Assembly: GCA_963716725.1 (NCBI GenBank)
Contig: CAVQUB010000005.1
Location: 288,001 to 352,000, forward strand
Origin: an uncultured delta proteobacterium
GTDB taxonomy: Bacteria; Myxococcota_A; Polyangia; Polyangiales; Polyangiaceae
Direction: 5' to 3'
Length of the DNA: 64,000 bases
Position numbers and translations under genes: made by a program. The number at the start of each line of letters is the position of its first letter. Positions within the stretch are counted from its first letter, which is position 1. Of this stretch, positions 10,534 through 20,468 are shown piece after piece. The notes beneath the pieces are model-generated. The model did no database searches and was not told the DNA's origin. It worked only from the letters and a program-made list of their open reading frames with translations.

Positions 10534-11787
10534 ATGCCCTGTTTCCGCGTTGGGCCGAGCAACGGCGTGTTGCTGGCAGCATGGCTGGCCTTGGGCTGCG
10601 GCGGGGAGTTCGCGCCGACAGGGGATGGGGTCTCAGAGAGCAAATGCAACGGCCCCGGCGCGCTCTCCGACACCTTCGAGGACGGCGAGCTGAGCGATGC
10701 GTTCGAATCTCGAATCTACGCGAAGGGCCTGACCATCGAGGAGAGCGGCGGCATGCTCGTCTTCACCCCTCCGGACTCCGGGGGTAGTGGCAGCCGCGAG
10801 TCGCGATACGCCGTCGATGTCCGCGGAAGTTACGCAATCGTGGAGGTCCCGGAGATCACGGGTGGCCTGGCGGGCAAGAGCGTTTCTCTGGCAGTCACCC
10901 AGGGAAACACGCTGGCAATCACCATGACCGCCAACGAGGACACACAGCACCCCGGTACCGACCTGCTGCGCTTCGATGTGACGACCGACGCCGGAAACAC
11001 CAAGAGCTCGACGCCTTACGATCCCTTGGCGCAGCGCTGGTGGCGAATCGGCGAGAACAGTGGAGTCTTGAGCTTTGGCGCATCACCCGACGGGATCCAG
11101 TGGACAACGCACTACGAGGTTCCCGCCCCCTCGTTCATCGAGGCCGGCACCCTCGTTCTGAGCACGAGCAACAGTGCAAAGGTGCTCCCAGTCGGCCAGA
11201 TCCGCTTCGACAACCTGAATCCCAAGGCGGGCCCCTTCTGCGGAATCGACAAGCTGAAGGAGTCCTTCGACCAAGACCTCGGTGAGGGCTGGGTCGAGTA
11301 TCAGGACAAAGCTTGCGTGGCGACCCTGACGGGGGGTGCGTTCGACGCCGCGGTGCCCAGTGGCGGCACCGGATACTGCTCGATCACGACGCGTCATGCC
11401 TACGACCTTCGGGGTCGCGAATTCACGGTCGGGTTTGGGTCGCTGCCCGCAGGCGCCTCTGGGATCGGCGTCATCCTTTCCCTCACCTCGGGGGACACGG
11501 ACCGACTCACCCTCGAGCACCGGCAGGGAAAGCTCACCGCCACCGCCTTGCTCGGAGCGGCGACGAGCACAGGCTCGCTCGACCTCGGAGGCGGCGCCTC
11601 TTGGTGGCGGATCCGCGAGAGCGCGGGGCGCGTCGAGTTCGAGGCTTCGTCCGACGGAAAGAGCTTCGCACCCGTTCATTCGCTGATCGTGGACTCGCTC
11701 CCCGCCCGGTTCCTGGCTTCGCTGCGCGTCTACGTCACTTCGCCACAGCCAGCCAGCACCAGCTTCGTCGTCGACGCAATCAACTGA
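10534..11787 (+). CDS. Lipoprotein with two tandem beta-sandwich (ConA/lectin-like) domains
   Basis: Lipobox ALGC; internal duplication SRYAVDVRG/TRHAYDLRG and WWRIGENSGVLSFGASPDG/WWRIRESAGRVEFEASSDG. Confidence 0.65.
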   Translation: MPCFRVGPSNGVLLAAWLALGCGGEFAPTGDGVSESKCNGPGALSDTFEDGELSDAFESRIYAKGLTIEESGGMLVFTPPDSGGSGSRESRYAVDVRGSYAIVEVPEITGGLAGKSVSLAVTQGNTLAITMTANEDTQHPGTDLLRFDVTTDAGNTKSSTPYDPLAQRWWRIGENSGVLSFGASPDGIQWTTHYEVPAPSFIEAGTLVLSTSNSAKVLPVGQIRFDNLNPKAGPFCGIDKLKESFDQDLGEGWVEYQDKACVATLTGGAFDAAVPSGGTGYCSITTRHAYDLRGREFTVGFGSLPAGASGIGVILSLTSGDTDRLTLEHRQGKLTATALLGAATSTGSLDLGGGASWWRIRESAGRVEFEASSDGKSFAPVHSLIVDSLPARFLASLRVYVTSPQPASTSFVVDAIN

Positions 11788-11888
11788 CGGCGCGACGGGA
11801 GACCCGAGCGCATCGTCCCTCCATGGTGCCGTTGGTGCCGTTGCGGTGGGTCGTTCAAGCCATGCGCGGTGCGGCTGCGACCTTTGCC

Positions 11889-12674
11889 TCAGTTCGCCGA
11901 GCGGAAGGAGAGCGTGTTGCTGCCGCGATGAACCGAGAGCAGCTGCTCTTTGATGTCGAAGCTGACCGGGCTGCCATCGAGCACGAGCAGTACTGCGTCC
12001 GTCGTCGCCTGATCGCTCGGATCCGCACATGGCGCCCCGTCGTAGGAAAAACCCTGAAACGTCAGCGTTGCGCCGTCGACCTGGTAACTCCCGCTTCCGG
12101 TCTGGCACGCCGAGAAGACGGTCACGCTAGCGTTCGCGTCGAAGAAGACGTTGGCCTTCGCCAGCCCGGTCCAGGAGCTCGTCGCTTGCCCGTCGCCGAA
12201 GCCGTCGCCGTTCCAGTGGGTACCGACTAGCGCGCGGTCCGGACTGGCGATCTTGCGGTCGAGCAAGGTCATTTTGGCAGCTGCGGTCGTCATCACCAGG
12301 CGCGGCTCGTTCAGTTGGAGGGCGGGCCCGGCCGTGAGGAAACCCACGAGCCAGTCGTCCTGGGCGTGGCGCTCCGCGTCGCAACCCATCTCGGTCATGC
12401 CATAGCCATTCAACTCGAGCTTGTCGCCCTCGATCGCAAAGGGGCCGCCCAGCGAATTGCAGCCGGCACTGGCCGACAGCTCCCCACCTTTGAAGCCGAT
12501 GCGCACCTCGGTGCCGGCGACGAGCGTCCAACCCTCCACTGACTCCGAAACGAAGGTCCGATCGTTCAGTTTGCCTTGAAGCCCGGCGGTCGTACCGTCG
12601 GTTCCGTCGCTCGAGCCGCCGCAGGCCGAAACCAAGAGCACCAGCCCGAGCACCATCCCTGCCCTGGTAGTCAT
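11889..12674 (-). CDS. META (HslJ-like) domain lipoprotein, two META domains
   Basis: Lipobox VSAC; SAGCNSLGG, MTEMGC..QDDWL motifs. Confidence 0.8.
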   Translation of the reverse strand: MTTRAGMVLGLVLLVSACGGSSDGTDGTTAGLQGKLNDRTFVSESVEGWTLVAGTEVRIGFKGGELSASAGCNSLGGPFAIEGDKLELNGYGMTEMGCDAERHAQDDWLVGFLTAGPALQLNEPRLVMTTAAAKMTLLDRKIASPDRALVGTHWNGDGFGDGQATSSWTGLAKANVFFDANASVTVFSACQTGSGSYQVDGATLTFQGFSYDGAPCADPSDQATTDAVLLVLDGSPVSFDIKEQLLSVHRGSNTLSFRSAN

Positions 12675-12953
12675 GCCCGGAGTGTGACCGAACGAAGGCA
12701 GGGATTCCACCGCCGCCACCCACACCCGCATCCAGTTCGAGTCATCAGTTCCGATTCGCGCGCGCCAAGCCAAGTTGACGAACATGTGGCCTTGGGGCCG
12801 GGCGTGCAGCACGCAGAGGAAGTTTTCCACCTGCAAATGCTGCGCGGTGCGGGACTTCACTCAGGTCGTTCCGCAATCGAGATCGCGCAGGCGAGCAGCG
12901 ACCGATACCAACGACTCCCTGCTGGCTGCCGACTCGGGTATAGGTCGCGGCGC

Positions 12954-14324
12954 GTGACCAGCGCAGCGTGGACCGGCTCGGCGGAAGTAGCCTCGACGTC
13001 TCGGACGTCGGCGCGGACCATTTCCGTGCTGGTCGTGGCCGCCACCGCGCTCGCGTGGTGGTTGGTGCGGGCCGGACCTTATCGGCTCGACGACTTCGCG
13101 ACGCCCTTGGACGATCCGGCCAGCGCTTCGCTCGCGGCCTTCGTCGAGCACTTGCCCAAGACGCTGCGCCCACTGACGAAGCTGACCTACGCGCTGGAGG
13201 CCTTCTTTGGCGTGGAGGGCGCGGCGACTCGTCGGGGAGTGACGGCGTTGATTCACGCGCTTGGTGCCGGCGCGTTGTCGTTGTTTCTGGTCCGGATCGG
13301 AACCCCGCGCCTGGTCGCGGCGCTCCTGGCCCTCGCCTGGGCGCTGCATCCCATTCACGCCGAATCGGTGCTGTCAGTGGCGGGGCGCAGCGCCGCGGTG
13401 GGCGCCACGCTCGTCCTCGTCTCCCTCGCGCTCCTGGCTCACGACCGACCCCGAGCGGCGGGCGTCGCGCTCGCGCTGGCGGTGCTCGGACGCGAGGCGG
13501 CCGCCGGGGCGTCGATCGGAGTCTTCGCCTTTGCCGTGTTTTGGCCTGGCATGAAGGGCACGCGACTCGATCGCTTTGGGCCGCTCTTCATCGGCCTTTT
13601 CGCGGCGGTGACTTGGGCGGCGCTCCGTCCGCGTGCGCTTCAGCTCGCCGAGTACTCGTTCATGGGGAGGCCCCTGTCCACCAGCATCGTGCAGCAGGTC
13701 TCCGCGCTGCCCGTGGGCCTCTCGCTCTACCTGCGCCCTTGGGCGCTCTCCGCCGACCACGGCGAGGCGCTGCCGAAGAGCGCGCTCTCGCTGCTCTTCG
13801 TGGTCGGGGCGCTGTTGATCGCGGCTGTGCCAGCGCTCGCGTTCTCGCTTCGCAAACGCTCGCCGATCGTCGCAGTGGGGCTGCTCCTCTGGCTCGGGGC
13901 GCTGCTGCCGACGCAATCGTTCTTCCCGAAGCTCGACCCGCTCACGGAGCGGCCCCTCGGACTGGCTCTCGCCGGGTTGGTCGTCGCAGCTGCGCCGTTG
14001 CTGGGGCGGGCGACGACCCGCTCCGGGCGTGCTCTCGCGCTCGGCGCTGTGCTCGCCGTGGCGTCGCTCGGGCTGCGCTTCACCTGGCTCCGCGGCGCGC
14101 TCTACGCGACAGACCTCGCACTCTGGTCCGACGCGGCCTCGAAGAGCGTCGCGAACCCGCGCCCCTTCGAGGAGCTCGCCTTCGCCCTCGACGCCGAGGG
14201 GCGTCGTGACGAGGCCATCGCCGCGCTGAAGCGAGCCCGCGACCTCGATCCCTTCAGCTCTTCCGTTCAGGCCCGCCTGCGCGTTTGGGAGCGACCGTCG
14301 CCTGCTGTGGAGAATGCTCGATGA
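12954..14324 (+). CDS. TMTC-like GT-C membrane protein (putative protein O-glycosyltransferase) with C-terminal TPR
   Basis: N-terminal LDD, RPL, HPIHAESV..VAGR, P..LSADH, ER.L, LW motifs; many TM helices; start approximate. Confidence 0.7.
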   Translation: MTSAAWTGSAEVASTSRTSARTISVLVVAATALAWWLVRAGPYRLDDFATPLDDPASASLAAFVEHLPKTLRPLTKLTYALEAFFGVEGAATRRGVTALIHALGAGALSLFLVRIGTPRLVAALLALAWALHPIHAESVLSVAGRSAAVGATLVLVSLALLAHDRPRAAGVALALAVLGREAAAGASIGVFAFAVFWPGMKGTRLDRFGPLFIGLFAAVTWAALRPRALQLAEYSFMGRPLSTSIVQQVSALPVGLSLYLRPWALSADHGEALPKSALSLLFVVGALLIAAVPALAFSLRKRSPIVAVGLLLWLGALLPTQSFFPKLDPLTERPLGLALAGLVVAAAPLLGRATTRSGRALALGAVLAVASLGLRFTWLRGALYATDLALWSDAASKSVANPRPFEELAFALDAEGRRDEAIAALKRARDLDPFSSSVQARLRVWERPSPAVENAR

Positions 14325-15115
14325 TGAAACCAAGAATTGTTTCGACCTTGCGCGGTGCAACCCTGGTCCTGGTGGCCTTCGTCGGCTTCGTGCCCACGAG
14401 CGAGGCCACCGTGCCCTGCCTCAAGCCGGATCCCAAGACCTGCAAGATCCCGGAGGACTGCATGGTCAAACGGCAGATCGCCATGAAGCGCGCCTTCCGA
14501 GACGCCTTCGCGTCGAGCGCCATGCGCTGCAAGGCGATGACCGCGGCCAAGAAAGCCCTCGGCAAGGGCGCCACGCCGGCGGCGCTCTCCAAGCAAGCAG
14601 CCGCGCTGCTCTATCAGGACATCGCCAACAACCCTGGGCGAGTGGCGAAGAAGCTCGACCCCTGCAAGAAGTCGAAGCTCGCGGATCCGCCCGGCTGGTC
14701 CACCGGTGACGACTGCGTATTCTCGGCGTCCGTCAACGATCCGAACTCGGTCAACACGTGCAGCGAGTTCCTGAACGCGAGCCGAACCCACGAGCGCAAC
14801 CACGCTGCGAGCTGTAGGGCTGTGAAGAAGAACGAGAAGACGAAGCTCGGCGAGGTGAGCAGCTGGGTGGACCACGGAGCGGCTTGCGACGCGGCTCGCT
14901 ACAATCAAGGCGTCGAAAAGGTCCCGAACCGCGACGACCTGAACGACTTTGCCGACGAGGAAGCCGACTCCTACACCTTGGAGATCTGGGAGCTGGAGGA
15001 CGAGCGCGCGGCGGCCATCCACCGCTGCACGACCGCTCGTGACGCGGCCAAGGCCGCGGAGGCCGTCAGCAAGAACGCCAAGGCCCTGCTCGCCACGACG
15101 GGTGGTGCGCGATGA
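14321..15115 (+). CDS. Secreted Cys-rich protein with an HExxH motif (possible zincin-like metallopeptidase)
   Basis: Signal peptide; THERNH followed by DEEADSY..E; start overlaps the upstream stop. Confidence 0.5.
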   Translation: MMKPRIVSTLRGATLVLVAFVGFVPTSEATVPCLKPDPKTCKIPEDCMVKRQIAMKRAFRDAFASSAMRCKAMTAAKKALGKGATPAALSKQAAALLYQDIANNPGRVAKKLDPCKKSKLADPPGWSTGDDCVFSASVNDPNSVNTCSEFLNASRTHERNHAASCRAVKKNEKTKLGEVSSWVDHGAACDAARYNQGVEKVPNRDDLNDFADEEADSYTLEIWELEDERAAAIHRCTTARDAAKAAEAVSKNAKALLATTGGAR

Positions 15116-16212
15116 ACCGCTTCTCCCTTGCTCGCGCCTCTCTCGTCACTCTCGGCTGCGTGGTGTTTCTTCACTGGATCACCTCGTGCCGCACCGGAGC
15201 GCCACTTCAGTCACCGACGCAGGCGACGAGCAGCGACACGCCGATCGCGCCCGGCGCGCCCGGTCCCTGTGATCGGTCCCCGGACCCTGCGGGCTGCTTC
15301 CTCGCTCGGGCGTGGTTGATCGAAGAGATCCTTGGCGATCTCTACCAGCTCGAAGGCGCCCGAGATCAACGTGTGGTGCCTGCAGCCCTCGACGCCCTCG
15401 CCACCGGCGAGCCCGACGTGCAGATCGTCGCGCTGCGCGTGATCGGACCATTTGCGGAGGCACCCGGGGTGGGAGCGAAGGTTCTGCCCTGGCTCCTCGC
15501 GGACGATCTCCGACGCGAGGAGGGAGCCGCCAAGGTTCTGGAGCAGACCGGGGATGCCGGGCTGATGCGCCTCGGTCTGCAGTTCGCCATGGGGCACCAA
15601 GGCGACAACCGAGCGCCGCCGCTCGCCGGCTGGTGGCGCGACCCAGCGCGCCACGGCCTATCCGCGTATCCCAACGCCAAGCGCTTCCCGCCCGGCGACT
15701 CGGCGCGATCCATCGGCTTGATGACGGACGATCCGGTCGATCGAGTGCTGGCGCACTATCGTGAGAAGACCAGCCCGCCGCCTTTCAGCGCCAAGGACCA
15801 CCAGGCCCGAGAGCAAGCGAAGCTCAAGCGCCAAGCAGATGGCTTTCAACAGGCGATGCAGAGCCCGGAGTTCCTCCAGCGGCAGAAAGACATCCAGTCG
15901 CTGATGGAGCAGTACCAGAAGAACCCGGATCCCAAGATCCTCGAGAAGGTTCAGAAGCTCGCCGTCGTCCCGGGACCCGAGCTTCCGAAGCTGGAGCAAG
16001 CAGGCGCGCTCGACCTGCCGCTGCCAGTCATCGACGGCAGCGCCCCGATGAGCCAGGCGCAGTTTCTCGTGATCGAAGAGCGCGCTGGCGTGGCCCTGCG
16101 CGCGGTCGTCGCGTACCCGGAGCCGGCGCTGGGCAAGACCGTCGTGATCTTGGGCTTCGAACCGTCGGCCTATGCCGGCACGCCGGATCCGCGGAACGTG
16201 CGGCTCCACTGA
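15112..16212 (+). CDS. Hypothetical exported protein/lipoprotein with HEAT-like helices
   Basis: ATGA overlap with the upstream gene; hydrophobic N-terminus ending ITSC; helical repeat-like segment. Confidence 0.6.
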   Translation: MNRFSLARASLVTLGCVVFLHWITSCRTGAPLQSPTQATSSDTPIAPGAPGPCDRSPDPAGCFLARAWLIEEILGDLYQLEGARDQRVVPAALDALATGEPDVQIVALRVIGPFAEAPGVGAKVLPWLLADDLRREEGAAKVLEQTGDAGLMRLGLQFAMGHQGDNRAPPLAGWWRDPARHGLSAYPNAKRFPPGDSARSIGLMTDDPVDRVLAHYREKTSPPPFSAKDHQAREQAKLKRQADGFQQAMQSPEFLQRQKDIQSLMEQYQKNPDPKILEKVQKLAVVPGPELPKLEQAGALDLPLPVIDGSAPMSQAQFLVIEERAGVALRAVVAYPEPALGKTVVILGFEPSAYAGTPDPRNVRLH

Positions 16213-16330
16213 GCCCGAGCGGCACCCCCTCTGGAGTTCAGTGGCCTGGTCAATCGCAAGCCATACGAGCCTCGAGACGGTGGTCAAGCGAGGCGGTTGG
16301 CTCTAGGTGATCGACGAAAGGAAATGACCC

Positions 16331-16681
16331 ATGGGAGACACCCTTTTTCCTGAGTCCTCAGCCGCCATTCGGCGCGCGCGGCGGCAGGCATGTCCTGAAG
16401 TGCACGAAGCGTTCGCCGAGTTCAGCCGTAAAGTCTTCGCCGAAGGAGCGCTGTCGTCGAAGACCAAGCAGCTCATCGCCGTCGCGGTGGCTCACGTCAC
16501 GCAGTGTCCTTACTGCATTCGGGGCCATGCTCAGGGGGCCAAACGCGAAGGTGCCTCGCGGGAGGAGATCATGGAGGCGATCTGGGTCGCGGCGGAGATG
16601 CGCGCCGGAGCTGCGGTGGCCCACTCGACGATCGCGCTGGATGCCTTCGGGTTCGATGACGCCGACGCCGCCCCGAAGTGA
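16331..16681 (+). CDS. Carboxymuconolactone decarboxylase / AhpD-like protein
   Basis: GALSSKTKQLIAVAVAHVTQCPYCIRGH, EEIMEAIWVA. Confidence 0.9.
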   Translation: MGDTLFPESSAAIRRARRQACPEVHEAFAEFSRKVFAEGALSSKTKQLIAVAVAHVTQCPYCIRGHAQGAKREGASREEIMEAIWVAAEMRAGAAVAHSTIALDAFGFDDADAAPK

Positions 16682-16913
16682 AGGGCAGACCGCGTCGGCG
16701 CGCCGGGCATCCTCTCTCCATTCCCGGCGTGACTCGAGGCGCTGGTGCCGCACTTCCGCAAGAAAACCACCCCCATTCGTTACTCACACCTCGTTGACGT
16801 AGCAAGTCGAGTGCCCCACAGATATTGGTATCTCACGCGACGCATCGGCGCCTCGGAGTTCAAGATGTCCTCGATCAGCGGTTCGCCGGCGAGGCGAGAG
16901 CGGAGTCGTGCAC

Positions 16914-17321
16914 ATGATCCAAGTCAAGCGCACTTACGATCCGCCGGCGCGAGGAGACGCCCGACGCATCCTCGTGGAGCGGCTGTGGCCACGCGGCATC
17001 AAGAAGGAGGCGCTCGCCGCCGACGCCTGGGTGAAAGAGGTCGCGCCGAGCACCGAGCTGAGAAAGTGGTTCGATCATCGAGTTGAGCGCTGGGAAGAGT
17101 TCCGGCGGAGGTATCGGAAGGAGCTCGACGCAAACCCTGAAGCGTGGGGGCCGATCCTCGAGGCTAGTCAGCGTCGCACGGTGACCCTCCTCTACAGCGC
17201 GCATGACACCGCTCACAACGGCGCTCTGGTCCTGCGCGACTATCTCGCGGAGCAGGCCGCCAAGTCGCGGTCATCGCGCCGAGCGCAGCGAACCCCACCT
17301 TCGAAGGGACGCGCTCCATGA
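16914..17321 (+). CDS. DUF488 (YeaO-like) protein
   Basis: IQVKRTYD, RILVERLWPRGIKK, APSTELRKWF, TLLYSAHD motifs. Confidence 0.9.
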   Translation: MIQVKRTYDPPARGDARRILVERLWPRGIKKEALAADAWVKEVAPSTELRKWFDHRVERWEEFRRRYRKELDANPEAWGPILEASQRRTVTLLYSAHDTAHNGALVLRDYLAEQAAKSRSSRRAQRTPPSKGRAP

Positions 17322-17470
17322 GGACGTTCTACGAGTTCGCTCGAGCGTCGTCCCGTGGCGCAGCGCTCGCCGGCGGCTCAGCGGTGGGTCGACCCGCCGA
17401 AGGGAGCCGCGCTCGTTCGACGCGGTCGGACCCACGACCAGGAGCTACAAGTGAGAAGGGAACGACAGTC

Positions 17471-18229
17471 ATGACCAGTGAAGCCCAGTCCGCCCATACC
17501 CTGCCACTCGAGAGCCGTTCGGAGGTGGCTGAAGGAACCCTGGAGTTCAGCTTCGACAAACCCGAGGGCATGACGTTCAAGGCTGGTCAGTTCGTGGATC
17601 TCACCTTGCTCGATCCATCGGAGACCGATGATGAAGGCAACACGCGAGCTTTTTCGATCAACAGCGGGCCGGATGATCCCCAGCTGATCTTCGCCACGCG
17701 CTTGCGAGACACCGCGTTCAAGCGCGTGCTCAGAGCGATGCCCCTCGGCACCAAGGTCAAGATCGAGGGACCGTTCGGCAACCTGACGCTGCACAACAAC
17801 GTGAGCCGACCCGCGGTCCTGCTAGCGGGCGGCATCGGTATCACCCCGTTCCGCAGCATCGCACGACGAGCGGCGCATGAGAGGCTGCCGCACCGTATCT
17901 TCCTCTTCTACGGCAACAAGCGGCCAGAGGACGCGCCCTTCCTCGACGAGTTCGTTGGCCTCGAGCGGGCGAACCCGAATTTCAAGTTCATCCCGACGAT
18001 GGATCAAATGAGCGAATCGCAGCGGTCGTGGCAGGGCGAGACTGGCCGTATCGGTCACGAGCTCATCGCGAAGTATCTGAAGCAGGGCTCCTCGTCGGAC
18101 AAGGAGGTGTCCCAGCCCATCTACTACATGGCAGGGCCTCCGGCGATGATCGCGGCTCTCCGAGCCATGCTGAACGAGGCGGGCGTCGACGACGATGAGA
18201 TCCGCACCGAGGAGTTTACTGGCTACTAG
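17471..18229 (+). CDS. FAD/NAD(P)-binding oxidoreductase (ferredoxin-NADP reductase family)
   Basis: FKAGQF, RAFSINS, GPFG, LAGGIGITPFRS, GPPAM, EEFTGY. Confidence 0.9.
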   Translation: MTSEAQSAHTLPLESRSEVAEGTLEFSFDKPEGMTFKAGQFVDLTLLDPSETDDEGNTRAFSINSGPDDPQLIFATRLRDTAFKRVLRAMPLGTKVKIEGPFGNLTLHNNVSRPAVLLAGGIGITPFRSIARRAAHERLPHRIFLFYGNKRPEDAPFLDEFVGLERANPNFKFIPTMDQMSESQRSWQGETGRIGHELIAKYLKQGSSSDKEVSQPIYYMAGPPAMIAALRAMLNEAGVDDDEIRTEEFTGY

Positions 18230-18265
18230 ATCGCAGCCAGAAATACCCGAAAGAAGGGAGAGCTC

Positions 18266-18547
18266 ACGTCGATACGCAAAGCACATGCACGGTGGGAAGG
18301 GAGCCTGAAGGCAGGAACAGGTCGGGTGGATTTCGGAAGTGGAGCGTTCGACGCCGCGTACTCCTTCGCGTCAGGCCTCGAGCAAGGTGCTGGCACCAAT
18401 CCCGAAGAGCTCTTGGGCGCTGCCCATGCCGGCTGCTTCGACATGGCGCTGTCATTGGTCCTGGGGCAGGCGGGCTTCGAACCGGAGTACATCGAAGCGA
18501 CTGCGCGCTGCTGCGTGAGGGCGACCTTCGCATGGTCGTTGTCGTGA
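18266..18547 (+). pseudogene. osmC: Truncated OsmC-family peroxiredoxin
   Basis: RKAHARWEGSLKAGTG..YSFAS..GTNPEELLGAAHAGCF; ACG where ATG is expected after an AGGGAG RBS; homology ends after IEATA and the second Cys is missing. Confidence 0.8.
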
Positions 18548-18722
18548 TGAAGGCCGGCGCTCGCATGGCCGAGCTATTGCGCCAACGAAACCGTCGCCAT
18601 CCACGGGCTCAGCGGACACCTGAAGCTTCACTGTCCGGACAAGACGACGGACTTACGCGGACGGGTGATTGGTCCGAAGCGCGGCGGTCTGTGCCGCGCT
18701 CGGTCCGTCGCGGCACGTCGTG

Positions 18723-19154
18723 TCAGGACCCTTTGTGCGTGCGCATCTCCGCGAGGAACTCCGCTGCACCTTTGGCCGGTTCGAAGAACAGATCGCCCGA
18801 GGGCTTGAACTTCTTCACGGTGACAATGACCGTATTCGCGTTCTCCGCATCGACTTCGAACTTCGAGATGCTGGTCCAAGGGATCTCGTGGCACACGAGC
18901 CTGCCGAGCTTGCGCTTCTTGCCGATGGCCGTACCGGCACCGATCGCCAGTGAGATCCCCGCGCCAAGAATGGCGTAGTACGCCCAATCCGGCGGGCTCA
19001 GCACCATCTTGATGCCCAGCGCGCCGACGAAGAACGCGGCGAACAAGAGCCAATAGATCCCGGCCACGGAAGCGGATTCGGTGCCCCTGACCTTCAATCC
19101 CCCGGCGCTGACCCCGCAGCTGCCGTCGCCGGCGATCTCGATGGGCGGGCGCAC
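18723..19154 (-). CDS. Hypothetical two-TM membrane protein
   Basis: Two hydrophobic helices followed by a small beta-rich domain; start uncertain (frame open further upstream). Confidence 0.55.
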   Translation of the reverse strand: MRPPIEIAGDGSCGVSAGGLKVRGTESASVAGIYWLLFAAFFVGALGIKMVLSPPDWAYYAILGAGISLAIGAGTAIGKKRKLGRLVCHEIPWTSISKFEVDAENANTVIVTVKKFKPSGDLFFEPAKGAAEFLAEMRTHKGS

Positions 19155-19284
19155 CTTGCCGATGGCGGGAGGGACGAACTTGCCGTGGAAGTCGATGCGG
19201 GCCGACTATACCGCCAACTTCAGCTTGCCGCGCCCGAGCTTTCCGCCGGTGACCTGCGGTGAACCCTTCTCGTGGGACGCCGCA

Positions 19285-19806
19285 CTAGTCCAATCTGATC
19301 TTCAAACCCAGATCGCTCTGCATCACCAGCAGCGCTTCGGCGTTGCCGCGGGCGTCGTCGAGGGGATCGTGGGTGTGGCGCGTCTTGCGCAGGTGCTTGA
19401 AGTTCTGGAACGTGTCGCGCACCAGTCCTTTGTACAGCGACCCCAGATTCTGGGAGCTGAAGCCAAAGGGGTTTTCGCCGGCAAAGTGGTGGAAGTACCA
19501 GTTGATGAACTACCAGTCGAAGCCGTTGTTGTCGGCGATGAACACACGCCGCGTCGGGCAATGTTCTTGCACCCATGCGGCGAAGGCCTCCATCACGGCT
19601 TTCGGCTCGTCGAACTCCAGGGTTTGCTCGCGAGTGAAGCCGCTGACGGCGAGTGCTTCTGGTACCCACTGCTCGGAGATCGGACGCAGCCGCCCATAGA
19701 AGGTCCGATCCAAGGCGGGTTCCACAATCACGGCCCCGAAGCACACCATCGAGTAGTCGCCGGGGATCGGCCCGTCGGCTTCGATGTCCACCATCACGTA
19801 GCTCAT
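19285..19806 (-). pseudogene. DEDD 3'-5' exoribonuclease (Rv2179c-like) interrupted by an in-frame TAG at 19510-19512
   Basis: VDIEADGPIPG, NNGFDW*FINWYFHHF..NPFG, HTHDPLDDARGNA; the frame continues intact past the stop to 19285. Confidence 0.8.
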
Positions 19807-20356
19807 GAAGCCGCACGCTAACCCTTTCTTACGAACTCCGGTGGGCGTCTTGGCGTTGGGCGTCTTGTGGCTCGGAGCGTGCGAGTCGCCGAACCCGACC
19901 CAGAACCGCAGTCGCCAGCCCGTCCCGTCAACCAAGCCAAACGCCATGCACGAAACGCAGAACAATCCGGCCCGGGATCGCGTGCGGGCGCTGTTGCAAA
20001 AGGCGGTGATCGAGCTGGCGGAGCACTATCAGGAAACTTCGCTGTCGAGGGCGGTGCAGTTGCCCAGCGCGCAGGCGGTGCCCGAGCTGTTGGCGATTCT
20101 GCAAAGCGGCAGGTCTGGGGGAGGGGCGCACTCAGGCATGCTGAAGTTGTATTCGTCTGTGGGTCTTGCGATTCACGGGCGGGGTGACGGCGCGGAGTTC
20201 TTGCGCGACCCGAACGCGGTCTACCAGACGAACTCTGACGTCGAGCGAATCCACGCTTTCGGCGCTCTGCGCCTGCTTGACATCGATGCGCCCGAGCCGG
20301 AGGGCGTCGGAGCGGGGGTGGCCGCGGAGCTCTGGCAGGCGATCCAAGCGCTTTAG
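19805..20356 (+). CDS. Hypothetical lipoprotein
   Basis: Lipobox LGAC; start codon uncertain. Confidence 0.5.
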   Translation: MKPHANPFLRTPVGVLALGVLWLGACESPNPTQNRSRQPVPSTKPNAMHETQNNPARDRVRALLQKAVIELAEHYQETSLSRAVQLPSAQAVPELLAILQSGRSGGGAHSGMLKLYSSVGLAIHGRGDGAEFLRDPNAVYQTNSDVERIHAFGALRLLDIDAPEPEGVGAGVAAELWQAIQAL

Positions 20357-20468
20357 GCGCATTTCCGAGGCGGGGGGTCGGGCGTGCGTCAAAGCCTTAA
20401 CGCCCCCGCACCCCGCGGCATGACCGGATCGAGCCGCCCAATTGCGGCCAAAGGAGACGATTCGATCC

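Noticed and set aside
12675..12953. Possible small gene or leader in the spacer between the divergent META and TMTC-like genes
   Set aside because: No recognisable motif, RBS or RNA structure; cannot be supported.
19510..19512. Pyrrolysine recoding of the TAG
   Set aside because: No pyl genes in the window, TAG is used as a normal stop in neighbouring genes, and the enzyme family is not known to need Pyl.
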